From NCBI GenBank assembly GCA_964270895.1, contig OZ185440.1: a stretch of 64,000 nt of DNA; one strand, 5' to 3'. The position numbers were made by a program, and so were the translations under genes. Under the pieces are notes generated by a model. The model saw nothing but the letters and a program-made list of their open reading frames with translations, had not been told where the DNA came from and ran no database searches. Positions 1 to 12,709 of this stretch are shown here, piece by piece (position 1 is the first letter of the stretch; the number at the start of each line of letters is the position of its first letter). This DNA comes from Podarcis filfolensis (Eukaryota).

Positions 1-1044
1 CTTAGTGCACTAAAGCTGCTGAGGTGTGTTTGTTATTTCCTTATTGCTATTCAAGCGACTGCATAATGATTACTTTCCTGAAAACTTACTAAATAAGTAA
101 GCACAAGTTGTTGCTAGGTAACACAAAGCTACAGCAGCATCACTGCCTGGTTCAGGCAGAATGTACTATTTGACAGAGAGGGGGGAGCTAGAAAATGTCT
201 TTTACATATCTTTTCTTTTCTTTTGCATGTTTATTAATCGCTACTGAGTCGTTTTGAAACTGAAACTCCTCCCTCATTTTGGGGTTTATGTTGCCCCACC
301 CTCCTCTTTTTCCTCTCCACTGTTAACAAATATTTATGCTTTGTTCCCTGTGTGTCTCACCTCAAAGTTGAGGGACCCCACCACAGCCTTCCTTCATGAA
401 GGGATGAAATGAAAAAATACTGACACTCCCATCCCTTTCTATTTGTAGAGGAGGAGGGTGGTCCTCACTCAAGTATCTTTCTGGTTGCTCATATAGACTA
501 TCTTGACAACAGTCCTGGCTAACCGCAACAACACAATAGGTAGAAGTTGCAAACTGGCAGGATAAAGTTAGAGGTTTGATGTTACAGCCAGGAAGCAAAA
601 GAATATTATACAGTATAATAAAGTCTTATGTATTTTTCTCTCTTCATCAGATTTATATTATTTGATACCATTTTTAATTATAATTATTATTTCCTGTGCT
701 GTGGTTTTCACATTAAGGGCACATTAATAGATATTTTAAACAAACAAACAATGTTGCTATATCTTTAATCAGTGCAGATGTGCAATGTGTTTTTCTTCAT
801 ATGCAGTGTTAACATGGAGAAAAATTCTTACCATAGAGTATACTGTGGGCATAATTCAGCACAGTTTTCACTTGTTTAAGCTCATTCACTTCGTTGGCCT
901 TGCTATGCTTGTTTACTCAGAAGCAAGTCCCAGTGTAGCCAGTGGGGTTTACTCAGTAAGTGTGTTTAGAACTGCAACCACAAGCCTGCCTTCCTCTTTA
1001 TTAGACTGTGACTAAAATGTACTTCAGAAACATTAATACTTTGT

Positions 1045-1340
1045 GATATAGTGGTTGGTATGATGAACTAGGACAAGGTAGATGAGAGTTCAAATCTTCT
1101 CTGCCCTGAGGTTCGCTGTGTGGCCTCCAGCCAGTCACTGTCTCTCAACCTAACCTATTTCACATGGTTGGTGTGAGCATAAAGCAGGTTATCCCATTTT
1201 TAATATATATTTATATCCCACCTTTCCTCAGAGGAGCTCAAGGTGGCATGTATGGCTTTTCTCTGCCACAGTTTATCCTCATAACAACCCTGTGAGGTAG
1301 GTTAAGGCTGAAGGAAAGAAACTGTCCGAGTATCCCTCAT
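1045..1340. mobile_element. Two old tRNA-derived Squam3-like SINE fragments, tail to tail
   Basis: Plus-strand head-like part (gtgatatagtggtt...gagttcaaatc...ctcaacctaacctatttcac) at 1045-1190; minus-strand tail part (tatcccacctttcct...acaaccctgtgaggtaggtt) at 1205-1340. Confidence 0.55.
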
Positions 1341-1826
1341 CCCCAAGGTCATCATATTCAGGTACGCCACTCTGAGCTCTTTTGAGGAAGGGGAGGCAAA
1401 ACATGTGATTTACTTTAAACATGCATTTTTTTGTGCTCTGGAAATGTACCATTGATGTTCACGCCCTGCACTGGTTGGTTTATATGGAGTCAGTATTACC
1501 ACCCATTTTCCCCCCTTGTCCACCAACTGTTTGCTTCCATTAGAGTCGTTTCTTGTAGACCTTTTGGCCAGTTGTTCCAACTGATCTCTTTCCCCTTAGA
1601 GGTGCCTGGATTCAGAAACAAACTCAGAACAACACGATGGCAAGTCATGATGCTGTAGCTGCATGAGTCAACTGCTTTTCAATGGCTGGAGGAGATGTGT
1701 CAAATAACTCCCCCCCCCCTTGATTTGGAAATACTTGCTTCAATGAGATGTGAGAAACTTTGTTTTAGTTAGTATAGGGTACTCTAGAGGGGGAAAGCTT
1801 AATCAACTTCCTTTTGATACTTACTG

Positions 1827-2188
1827 TAAAGGTAAAGGTAACGGTAAAGGGACCCCTGACCATTAGGTCCAGTCGTGACCGACTCTGGGGTTGCGGCGCT
1901 CATCTCGCTTTATTGGCTGAGGGAGCCGACGTACAGCTTCCGGGTCATGTGGCCAGCATGACTAAGCCGTTTCTGGCAAACCAGAGCAGCACACAGAAAC
2001 GCTGTTTACCTTCCCGCCGGAGCGGTACCTATTTATCTACTTGCACTTTGATGTGCTTTTGAACTGCTAGGTTGGCAGGAGCTGGGACCGAGAAACGGGA
2101 GCTCACCCCGTTGCGGGGATTCGAACCGCCAACCTTCTGATCAGCAAGTCCTAGGCTCTGTGGTTTAACCCACAGCACCACCCGCGTC
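1827..2188 (-). mobile_element. Sauria SINE (Squam1), near full length
   Basis: Reverse complement begins GACGCGGGTGGTGCTGTGGGTTAAACC (A box) ... GGTTCGAATCC (B box) and ends in an (ACCTTT)n tail. Confidence 0.9.
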
Positions 2189-4369
2189 TGGGATATAATT
2201 TCAATTTCCTACAATGTACAATAAAGAACAACGTTGGAAATTAACTCCAAATAGTTCACCCCACTGGCATTGCTTACTCCAGAACTGACAAATGCCCCCT
2301 ATTGGGGCACACAGAGACTTTTCTTCCAAATGTCATTTTCTCAGGCCAATGATCTCCATAGCTGCAAAATAATCTCTTTGCTATGTCTTGAAGAATTTCT
2401 TTTGTAGCCATGACATTATTGGATGGTTATCTTCCTAAGTGTCAGAAAAGGCCAAGCGTCAAGGGGGCTTACCAGTAAAGGCAGTTATATCCCTTCATAC
2501 CTTCGGGTGCATTTCAAGCAAGTCAGATGTTCAAGCAGCAAATTTGCTTTGACTTGTAATCTTCTTCACATTTGGGGGCTGAAAATTAAATTGTGCTCCT
2601 TTAAGGTACTGAATGCTACAGAGTTGCTTCTGCCTTCCTGTTAGGAGCCTGACGTGTTTTGAAGGCAAATTTAAATAAATGAAAACTAGAAATACTATTA
2701 AACCATTCTATTAAAGATCTTGCTCCTTTGAGTGGCAGAAATGTCTTTCTATTCATCTTGGGCTTCCTACACATGCTGCCAGAAATGTTTCCTTTGCGCA
2801 CGTGATGGGTGATTTCATGCATTTGGAATATATATCTTTTATTGTGTGATATGCAAGTCTGCATAAGGCAGCACTGAGAGGGACTGAGAGTTGGGCATAA
2901 GGTAGTTCTGCTTACCAGACTGCCATTAAAGTTATCAGATTTCAAAATGGGACACAATCTGGAAAGGGTAGCTATATCATTTATTTATTAAATTTATACC
3001 ATGCCTCTTATAAAAGAGTCTCAAAAACAGCTGGGCATTTGTGACTGTTTACTCAAAAAGAGGGAGAAGGGTTCAGCACATTCCTCATCTCACATTTGCC
3101 ATGGTGCTCAGAACACACCACAGACCAAAGAGTGCTGCTCCTGTCCACAAGCAGAAGTCAACAAAAAGCTACCATAATCCCCTTTAGCCATCAACGGTTA
3201 ATATTGTTTCTTAACTGAATTACCAAACACTTCAGAAGCTGTGCTGACAACTCCTCTTCCATAATACAGTGGTACATTCTCACATTCCATGTGCTATGTT
3301 AAGGAAACAGGTTGGAATGTGAGTTCGTTTTTTGCTGCTCTCCCAATTGCAACCATGTGGAATACCATGCAGATCCTCCAATGCATGGACTTTATTGCAC
3401 CTGATTTTTTGTCCTCTTTTATTATATTCAATACTTTCTTAGTTGGCTGCAGGAAGGTTGCATTTCATAATAGAAAGCATCCAAACATATTTTCCTTTAT
3501 AGATTCCCTGATCTATACAGTTTGCATCTGGGAAAAAATGAACTCAGTTTTTGCAAGCAGACTGAAAGAAAAGCTGGAACAGAATGCCAATGTTAATAAA
3601 TCATCTCAAAGGCCTTTCTAGAACCATTCTGGTATAGTTCCTGGCATTATTTATTATTATTGGCTGTTTGCTTGTGTCACTAATCAGGCAAACGTTCACC
3701 TTTGTTTCGCTCCTTTCTTTTATGTATAAAGGTTATAATATTCATAATTAAACTGGAAAGTTCATTCAGAGTAACCTAATTTAGAAATAAACATTACTTT
3801 AAAAAATACAGTGTCTTTATAAGTTAGGGAATTGTTCTGGGGGGATGCTTATAACAAACTAATTATAGTGCCTTTGTTTTCATCTGTAAGAGGATTTGCA
3901 TGCATAACAGAAATAATTGAGCAGTTTATTAAAACGAGTTGTGGAGGAAATGCTTCATCTATTCTATTCTATTCTAGATTTATATTCATATTATAATAAT
4001 TTACCTCTCAGCTGCACATTTTTTTGTTTGCATTGTCAATTCACATATAGGTGAAGTCTCTCAAAAAGGAATATATAATAGCAGGATTTGTGAGCTCAGA
4101 ATGTGAGACTTCCATACAAGGTTTTTGAATGGTAAAAAGTATAAAATTTTCATACCTGGAAAGTGGAGTTACACAGGATATGCAGAGCCACTTTCCTTTG
4201 CTACTAATGGTAGTGAAAATTAAGGGCACTTAGTAGATTAAGTAAAATGTTGGCATGAATCTGACTTGCATACTAGACAGGACCTTTGTATTACTATAAA
4301 AGCATTTGCATACCCAAGACAGATACATCAGAAGCCACCATTGTTCTAGTATAATTTACAATCCCTTAA

Positions 4370-5130
4370 TATTCATGTTTTTTATTATTTTCTTTTTTAA
4401 AAAATAACCCTTAATACAGTAAAATTATAACTACAAAAAATACAAATCGAATAAGTAGAATACAGAGTCCTCTCTTTAAAGTAATTCTTAGCTCTTACAA
4501 CCCACCTGGAATCTTTCCTTTCTCCTCCCAGCCTCTCACCCTGGGAGAGGGCCATTCCCTGACTCTCACCCAGGTTCCTCCATCAACCATCTACCATCTC
4601 CATAAGTATACAATCTCTGGACCTTAATAAAGGCCCCATACATAGAACTCCAAAGAAGGAAGAAGAAGAAGAAAAAGAAAGAGGAGAAAAACGAAAAAAA
4701 TAAAGGGACAATAAAAAGAAAGAAGGGAGAGAGAGAGAGAAGATAAGAGCAAAAACGAAAGAAAAAGATACAAAGAGAAAACTTCTGATTTTCCATTTAC
4801 TGGTTACATAAAAAAAGAAAAAAGGTATTATTTAAGACATTCAGTCCATGCTAACATCCATCTTCTCCACCTTCTATTAAACAGTATTTCTTTTAAGTCA
4901 AGGTGTCTCAGAATCAATCATTTCTTTATACCCACAAAAACTCCAAGATGGGTTCCCTAATTGTTATTATTATTGATAAATGTCAATAACTTTATCTCCA
5001 TTAATTCCCACCAACATTACTCCATATTGAATGATAATAAATTATTCTGCCCATTTCCATTTTAAAGTCTCTCCACTGTGATCACATATTGGGACGATAT
5101 TCTTTTCTTTTTCTTTTTCTTATTACATAT
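4370..5130 (-). mobile_element. Degenerate LINE-like (possibly L1 3') segment with a long polypurine/polypyrimidine tract at 4650-4790
   Basis: A-rich, LINE-like composition on the minus strand ending in AATAAA plus an A-rich stretch; no intact domain. Confidence 0.3.
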
Positions 5131-5739
5131 CCTTTAGTTCAGCAGGAAGTTGCAAGATGTGCACTGGCGGGAAATAAAGTGTTTCCAAAAACTCAAATAC
5201 CCAAAGTGTATTGAAAGTAGGATCATGTATGAATGCACTGATAGCATCATGAGCACAAATCATCATTAATGCACATTTAAAAGGACATCTAGAAGGGGGC
5301 TAATTTTTATATTTAAAGCATGTTCTGCCAAAACCAGAAAGCATGAAATAAAAATAGTGGTGAAAGTATTCAGCTGTTCTCATGTGTGTCTTGTAAACCT
5401 AGTAAAGTATTTTCCTTTAATGAGCTTTTGCACAGTTCAGCGGACACCAGGGACTATTAGACTCTTTTTGTGTGAGTGCAACGTGAGCAAACAAAACTTG
5501 CAGTTCCATAGTAACAGTATCTGAATAATTTAAATAGAGCAACTTAAAAAACAGTAATTTACTGAGGCATATTTTGCACAACTGTGACAGGCCTATGTTA
5601 AAGCTAGTATCAAAGATAGCTGTTGCCTGATGGTACAATGGGCTAAAGATTTTGGATATAATATTCAGTAAGAATCTTGGGAAAGGTTGTGGAAGGAAGG
5701 TATTAGTTTTACTGCATGCAGTGAACTTAAAGAAAATGT

Positions 5740-6420
5740 TATGAAAACGATATATAGATGGTATTTAACACCAGATAAACGGGCTAAAATGTAGAAGATA
5801 AGAACTAGTGAGTATTGGAAATGTAAAGAAAGGGAAGGTATCCTCTACCACATGTGGTGGACCCTTAAAGAGGTAAAGGCTTTCTGGGAAATGGTGTATA
5901 ATGAGTTAAAGAAAATGTTTAAAAACACTTTTGTTGAAAAACTAGAAGCCTTTTTACTGGGTATAGTCTGTGAAAAGATACCAAGGGAAGATAAAAAACT
6001 GTTTATGTACGCAACAACTGAGGCAAGAATTCTTTTAGCCCAAAAATGGAAACAACAAGAGAAGAGTGGCAGATGAAGATGATGGACTTTGCAGAACTGG
6101 TGAAGCTGACAGGAAAAATCCGAAACCAGCATGATCAAGTATTCCAAAAGGACTGGAGTAAATTTCTACAATATCTTAAAGATTAGTGTAAGCAATTAAC
6201 ATCACTAGCAGGGTTGATTGAAGACTTGTAATGAGAAATTTTCTACCTTTCTATATTTATTTAAATTTTGAGTCATTTTGTAATGAGTGTAATTAGAATT
6301 GGAAAATGTACAAAATGCAATGATATAAAGGTTAATTTTGAAAACTACGAGGCGGAAGGGAAGGAAGTTGATAGGCTCTAAAGAGCCAGGGTAGTAAAGT
6401 GGATAATGATGATGTGAATG
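5740..6420 (+). mobile_element. L1-clade LINE ORF2 C-terminus and 3' region, degenerate
   Basis: Translation YRWYLTPDK...YWKCKEREGILYHMWWT...FWEMVY...AFLLGI...ARILLAQKWK resembles the Cys/His-rich C-terminus of L1/Tx1 ORF2; stops present. Confidence 0.7.
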
Positions 6421-6427
6421 TATATTA

Positions 6428-6699
6428 GGTAAAGGTAAAGGTAAAAGGACCCCTGGTCGTTAGGTCCAGTCGTGACCGGCTCTGGGGTTGCGGCGCTCAT
6501 CTTGCTTTACTGGCTGAGGGAGCCGGCGTACAGCTTCTGGGTCATGTGGCCAGCATGACTAAGCCGCTTCTGGCGAACCAGAGCAGCACATGGAAACGCC
6601 ATTTACCTTCCCACCAGAGTGGTACCTATTTATCTACTTGCACTTCATGCTTCCGAACTGCTAGGTTGGCAGGAGCAGGGACTGAGCAACGGGAGCTCA
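6428..6699 (-). mobile_element. Sauria SINE, 5'-truncated
   Basis: Aligns by eye with 1827-2105; lacks the tRNA head. Confidence 0.9.
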
Positions 6700-8077
6700 T
6701 CCAAGAGGCGTTCTCAGTTATACATATCATCAGCATCAGGGCCAGCTCAATACATTTTCACACCTGAGGCAGACCCCAGAATGACACCTCCCACCCTGCC
6801 ATGGAAGAAAATGTGAGCAACAAGGAGGGAAGAAAGATTGACATCAGCATCTGCCCCCCATGTGGATCCTGCCGCCTGAGCCATTCACCTGACCTTGCCT
6901 CGTGGGTGGGCTGGCCCTGTTCAGCATATATCCTTTGGGAATTCCTTTTAAATTAACATAACAGTAATAACATTGAGGTGGGGGGTATTAGGTGACAGCT
7001 GGTGCACTGGTAGCAAGTAATAAAGGTGAATGAGGAGAATCCAGTCTCAACAGCAGAGACCAATTAATACCAGTTCTGTATCATAGACCCCAATTAAGTC
7101 TGTGGTGACAGCAAAGGTAGCTTTATAAAGCTGCACTTCTAAACTCACTTCCTAGGGAGCAAGTCCTATTGCTACATTTGCTACCCCGGTTTAAAGGGAC
7201 GCAAGGTAACTCAGATGGGCATCTAAATACTACTGTATTGCATCATTTTCAATATACTGCAGTTTTAGATGTTCATCTCTGAGTTTGCATTTGGGGTGTG
7301 TGATATAGATAGAAAACAGCTGTTTGTGCATCCAATTTGCATCAACAAAAACTGCAAACGTTTCATATGTTTGCATATAATAAGTGAAGCCGATACTAGA
7401 ACTTGCCTGTATATTTAATGTACATGTTAAACTTTAAAACAAAGAAACAAAACAGAACATATCCTTTGTAAAAAGTCCTTTATTTAAAATACATACTTTG
7501 TTGTATGAGCAATGTGTTCCACAAACAACAATAAAGCAGCATAATTCTATTGTTGGTTTAGTGTCACCAAAAATCAGTGGAGATTAAGGTGATTTAAGCA
7601 TAATTTGATCTGATTCAAGTTATTTTAGGACTCGGTTTTTGACCAAGCAGCAAAATGCAGTAGCTGTGCTTTCTGGAAGGGCTAATAATGGGAATGATCA
7701 ATAGAACCGAAAGGATGCTATCATCTCCTTATGTCAGTTGTATCTCTTGGTATACATTGGGGGTGGGAGAAAAGGAAGAAGCACAAAGAAAAGCAGAAGC
7801 AAGGATTCAGGGTCACATCTTGGCCTGTTTTCAGATTGCCACTCTGATCTGAAAAACCTTATCATGCCATGCCTCAACTGATGATTTCTTAATAGATGGC
7901 TGTATTATGGTGATTATTATTTATTATTTCCCATTTATAACCTACCCCTTCCTGTCCAAAGGGAGCCCAGGGCAACTCGCAATAACAAAATTACATGAGA
8001 ACAGTATGAAACAGCACTATAACGTAAATAAGCAGTGTATATGAATTGCAATACATACAGATTGCCTGTATTGCCAG

Positions 8078-8079
<2 letters not shown>

Positions 8080-8157
<78 letters not shown>
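8080..8157. repeat. Compound microsatellite (TC)n(AC)n
   Basis: Direct reading. Confidence 0.95.
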
Positions 8158-8158
<1 letters not shown>

Positions 8159-11100
8159 GTATTACCACATTTTGATGAAAATAGGGAGTATTTCTTACCT
8201 TGAGACTCTCAAATGAGTTCTCTTGTGTCATTTGAATGCCTGCATTAACGAAATGGACTTAAAGCTGATGATGAATTAATGAATGAACACAAAGAAATGT
8301 AGAGGAGACAGATCGGGTGAGAAGCAGTGGCACTTTGGGTTTCAGGCTGATTTTTAAGAATAAGGGATATTGTTAAAATGTCAAAGCTGACTCACTGTAT
8401 GAGGAACCATACTGAAGAACAACTGGATAGAGAAATGAATACGCTTTGTAATGTTTTGGAATAATAAGTTCCGAGACAGTGTTCATCTTCAAGTATTTTT
8501 CTTGGTGTTGTGAATCACCCTTTATATGTTTGCTCTGTAGCAGTTCTTTAATTTTCCTAAGAAAACAAACAACCAACCAACAAACATGACAATCTTATCC
8601 ACATTTCCCTGGGACTAAGTCCCACTGACTTAAAAGGATTTGCTTCTGAGTAGACATGCATAGGTGTGCACTGTAAAAACAATTGACATACCAATTTAAG
8701 GAAACCACAAATCCCACCCTAAGAAGCACATGCAATGCTATGTCTGTGGACTCAAAAGCAGATCCCACTGAAATGAGGTTTCCTCCAAAGGAACTGAGTA
8801 TTGCAGGAGTGAGAAACCTGCCGTCTTCCAGATGTTGATGGGCTGCCAATTCCCATCTACTGGGTGGGACTAGTTAGATGTTATGACTCCAGCAATGGGA
8901 GGGTTGTGGAGGCTCCCCGCTGCTGATGTGTAAGGGTGCAACATCCCTATAATTTCATGGAGGCTTGCCAAAAGCGTGATCCCGTATAAATGAAATCTCT
9001 ACATGTTTCCTTTATGTTCCACTTATGAGATTCCCTTTTAGCCCTGAAATAATGGAGCTCTCCACGATGTCACTTTCCCACCTCCTCTTTCTGGGAATAG
9101 CACATATAATACATAAATACTTGAAAGGCAAATCAATACAGCATAACCTTATTATGGAAGACTCCTTCTCTCACACATTTTAAATAGGCTGTCAAAAGCG
9201 CGGGCCTAGAGATTCTTTCCTGAATACCAATGAAAAGCTGTACGTGAGCTATATGTATTTTAAGGATTTTTATTTTTTTTATGTATTAAAAAGAAAAGGT
9301 AATAAAGTACTGGTAGCAGCCCTGATCCCCACCCCTCTTTTATTAGGAATGCATTTGTGGATTTCATTAGTGGCATCAAATATTTTGTCTGCGTCTTTTG
9401 GGCTTTAATTATTTCAGTACTCAAGCAAAATCAAATAATCGTTCACCAGAACAATCATTGTGCTGCAGAGTGGCAGTGTTTTCGATGGTAATGTTTTCTT
9501 TGCCTTTTCTTTGCCATTATCCTTGAGTATAATTGTTTTGATCGCAGGACTGCACTCGTTTGATTGATGGAAATAGGGCTGCTGCTGCTGTTCTTTCTTT
9601 TGCATGAAAAAGAAAATCGTCTGCTCCAACCAGAAAGTTTGCAACTGAACGGACTGAGGTAGTGGTGGCAAGGGTAGAAATGAAGGAGCCGCTGTAAATC
9701 AACACAAAAGAGAACACAGGTTGATAAAGGCTAAAATAGCTTTATTAATTATATTACTGTAAGGAAAAATGCAAATGCATGATAATTAGTATGTACTGAC
9801 CTCCCAATCATCACAGTGCCTTTTGCAATGCAATGAGTGCATTAGCACTCACTGCCAGAATACAGGAATGGAGCAGCTTATTTGTTACTAAGTATAAATA
9901 TTGGCTGTGGATAAGTAGATAACCTAGAACAGAATTAGTCAACATGGCACCCTATGGATGTTCTTGGATGACAACCTCCGTCACACCTGACCATTGGATT
10001 GCAGCAAGCTAGGGCTGATGGGAACTGGAGCCCAACAACTTGTGGAGGACACCCAACCGGGTGCTTCCATTCAACCTCTTTATTGAGCATTCATCCTGAT
10101 TTGTTTTCAGGGAGGCACTGGCCATTTAATGGGCATTCATTATGATTTGTTGGCTGGGAAACTGGATGGTGTTGCATCAAAGAAAGAGTTCTCCCATACT
10201 CTCCAATGCACTTTCCCATCACTTTCCTTTCAGCAAATAGTCCAGTCTTTTAAGGAAGAGGATGTGTTGCGCAATATCGCCCTATCAGCTATAACTGCAG
10301 TATAATCTGAATTTGCCAATATGATTGAATCCCATCCAACACATGTGCCAGTCTGGAAGTGCTTATTTGGCTACCCCTGGGACAGAGAGGCACTTCTTTC
10401 TCTTTCTCCCTCTCTTCCTCCATGAAAACTGGGTATTTGGGGAAGGCATTGCTGCACCCTTTGATTCCGGGATTCAGGCTGACTTTGAATAGGCTCCCTA
10501 TTGTTCTCTCTGCCTAGCCTATGATACAGAACTAGTGTTAAGGTAAGGGGGGCATGTACAAGGCCCTGAGCTCTGTGGGAGAAACAAACGAAATTAATCA
10601 TAGGAAAAATGTCTCATTTGGGGACTGTTATGTTTAAGACTTAGGTGCTGTGTGGAGGAAAAAGTTGGGTTAGGTTGTTGTAGTTATAAATGCTGGTGGT
10701 AGTTATAAATACTGTATTTTCTAAAGCTAACCTCGGTTTTGGGGGGAGGGTCAGTAACAAGAGTGTGTGTAATGCTTTGCTATATATTTGATGTGATTGA
10801 TCGTACTACTTAGTTTGTTTCATGTATACTCCTCCAGTGAGGAGCCAGTGGGCTGAAAATGAATTGGGATTTATTCTAAATATATTATGATCTGCATTGT
10901 GTTGAATTTTGCTATGTGTGGTGCTGTGGAATTAGGGGGAGGGGGGCTTCCCATTTGCCATATGTTTCATCAAGCAAAATCAAAAGTCAAATGACCCTGT
11001 TAAGAGAGGTGCTTCCAAAGCCATCTCCTTAATTTTTTTTCCCACTCAGTCTCTAACTGTTTAAAATAATGCAGAAATTCAAGCTATTTAATTACACTTG

Positions 11101-12179
11101 GGAAAGCATTCAATAATATCAATTATCCTAAAGACGTGCCTCAGAACTACTCAGGTGTCACTGTAGATTTAAAAGGTCTTATTTCTGATCGGCCTGAAAT
11201 CCTCCAGCTGTGAAGATGTGCTAACTAGATAATAGATATGCTACACCGAACTGAACACATCAGGAAAATAAATCTAACTCGTCAGCAAACAGTATCCGAA
11301 GATTTGCTAGGGCTTCGCAAGGTGCCCACTCCTGTTCAGTAGATTTATACACCTTATGAGATCAATAGGACCGTGAAGAACGACTTACTACCGAAAGGGG
11401 GGGGGTCCTGCATATTTGACCCATCGAGTCATATTATCTGCAAGCCAACCTTTTCCTCAAGGTGCCACTTTCTATTAGTTTCAGAGCACCAAATGCCCAG
11501 TGATCACTTGCTGAAAGCATATTGCCTTCACTTAGGACGCCGTAAACGTGAATTTTCAATTAGCCACACTTCATTCGGCAACATAGATAATTCACTTCCT
11601 TTAGATCGCTGAGTAACTGACCTTCACTGAACAGGTTAAAGGGAGAAATAATGCAGACTTTATCGGCTAATATATGGGTGGCTTCTTCAGCGGTTTTCAA
11701 GTTTTCTGCCCTCAGAGAATACTCTCAAAATTGACTCCTCTGCCTAGCAACACTGTGCCTTCCATGTGAGCTGCAGAGGATTCTGAGACATGCTATAAGG
11801 CACATGGTTCATGTGGGTCACCAGCCATGCCTATCAGTCTACACCTTTGCCATGTATGGCCTACAGCTCAATAGATGTTACATCTTGCCATTCCACCGGT
11901 GCAAGAAACTTCTGCTTGCGGAACAGACCTTCCTCCTCCTGTCCTCTCCCTTGCAGCCCCCACCCACAAACCCTCAAAATCTGTTCTGACCCCAAAATAA
12001 TGACAGATATGACAATAAATGTGTGACTGGCCGGATACATATTATACTGTTCTTGAAGATCTGCATTTGATCCCAGTTTGCTACCAGTTCCAATTCATGA
12101 TGTTAACAGTGACATATCAAACCTAAATGGCTTGGGCCCAAAATATCAAAAAGTACATTCTCCCATGTTGACATTTCTA

Positions 12180-12480
12180 GGTGCTAAGATCAGCATGGGA
12201 GGCCCTGCTGATAGTGTCACCACTCTCTCTGGCTTGCGGGGCAGCTGTGTGTAAGAGGGCCTTTATTGTGATGGCTCCAGATTGTGGAATGATCTCCTCC
12301 TATAACACACTTCTTTACCCAGGCCTTTGGTTGGGTGTATATATGTCCTCCTCCTGTATTGCTGTGCTGTGTAGTTATTTTTTATAGTGGTTGTTTTTCT
12401 GGTTTTATTTTATTATTTTAATGTACACTGTACTTGTTTTAATTGTGACCCATTCTCACATCGTTTGAAACGCAGGCTAT
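12180..12480 (+). mobile_element. Old L2 LINE 3' fragment
   Basis: gctaagatcagca...gagggcctttattgtgatggctccagattgtggaat resembles the L2 copies at 32248 and 40255. Confidence 0.5.
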
Positions 12481-12503
12481 AAGTACAAACAAATTCATCT
12501 CTT

Positions 12504-12709
12504 TAAGGAGTCTCAAAGCGGCTAACATTCTCCTTTCCCTTCCTCCCCCACAACAAACACTCTGTGAGGTGAGTGGGGCTGAGAGACTTCAAAGAAGTGT
12601 GACTAGCCCAAGGTCACCCAGCAGCTGCATGTGGAGGAGCGGAGACGCGAACCCGGTTCCCCAGATTACGAATCTACCGCTCTTAACCACTGCACCACAC
12701 TGGCTCTCC
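12504..12709 (-). mobile_element. Squam3-type tRNA-derived SINE with 13-bp TSD, 3'-truncated
   Basis: Reverse complement GGAGAGCCAGTGTGGTGCAGTGGTTAAGAGCGG...GGGTTCG; TSD AAATTCATCTCTT at 12491-12503 and 12710-12722. Confidence 0.88.

Noticed and set aside
2100-2188. tRNA-like A/B boxes (also at 12640-12709)
   Set aside because: These are the tRNA-derived heads of Sauria and Squam3 SINEs; no full cloverleaf was identified.
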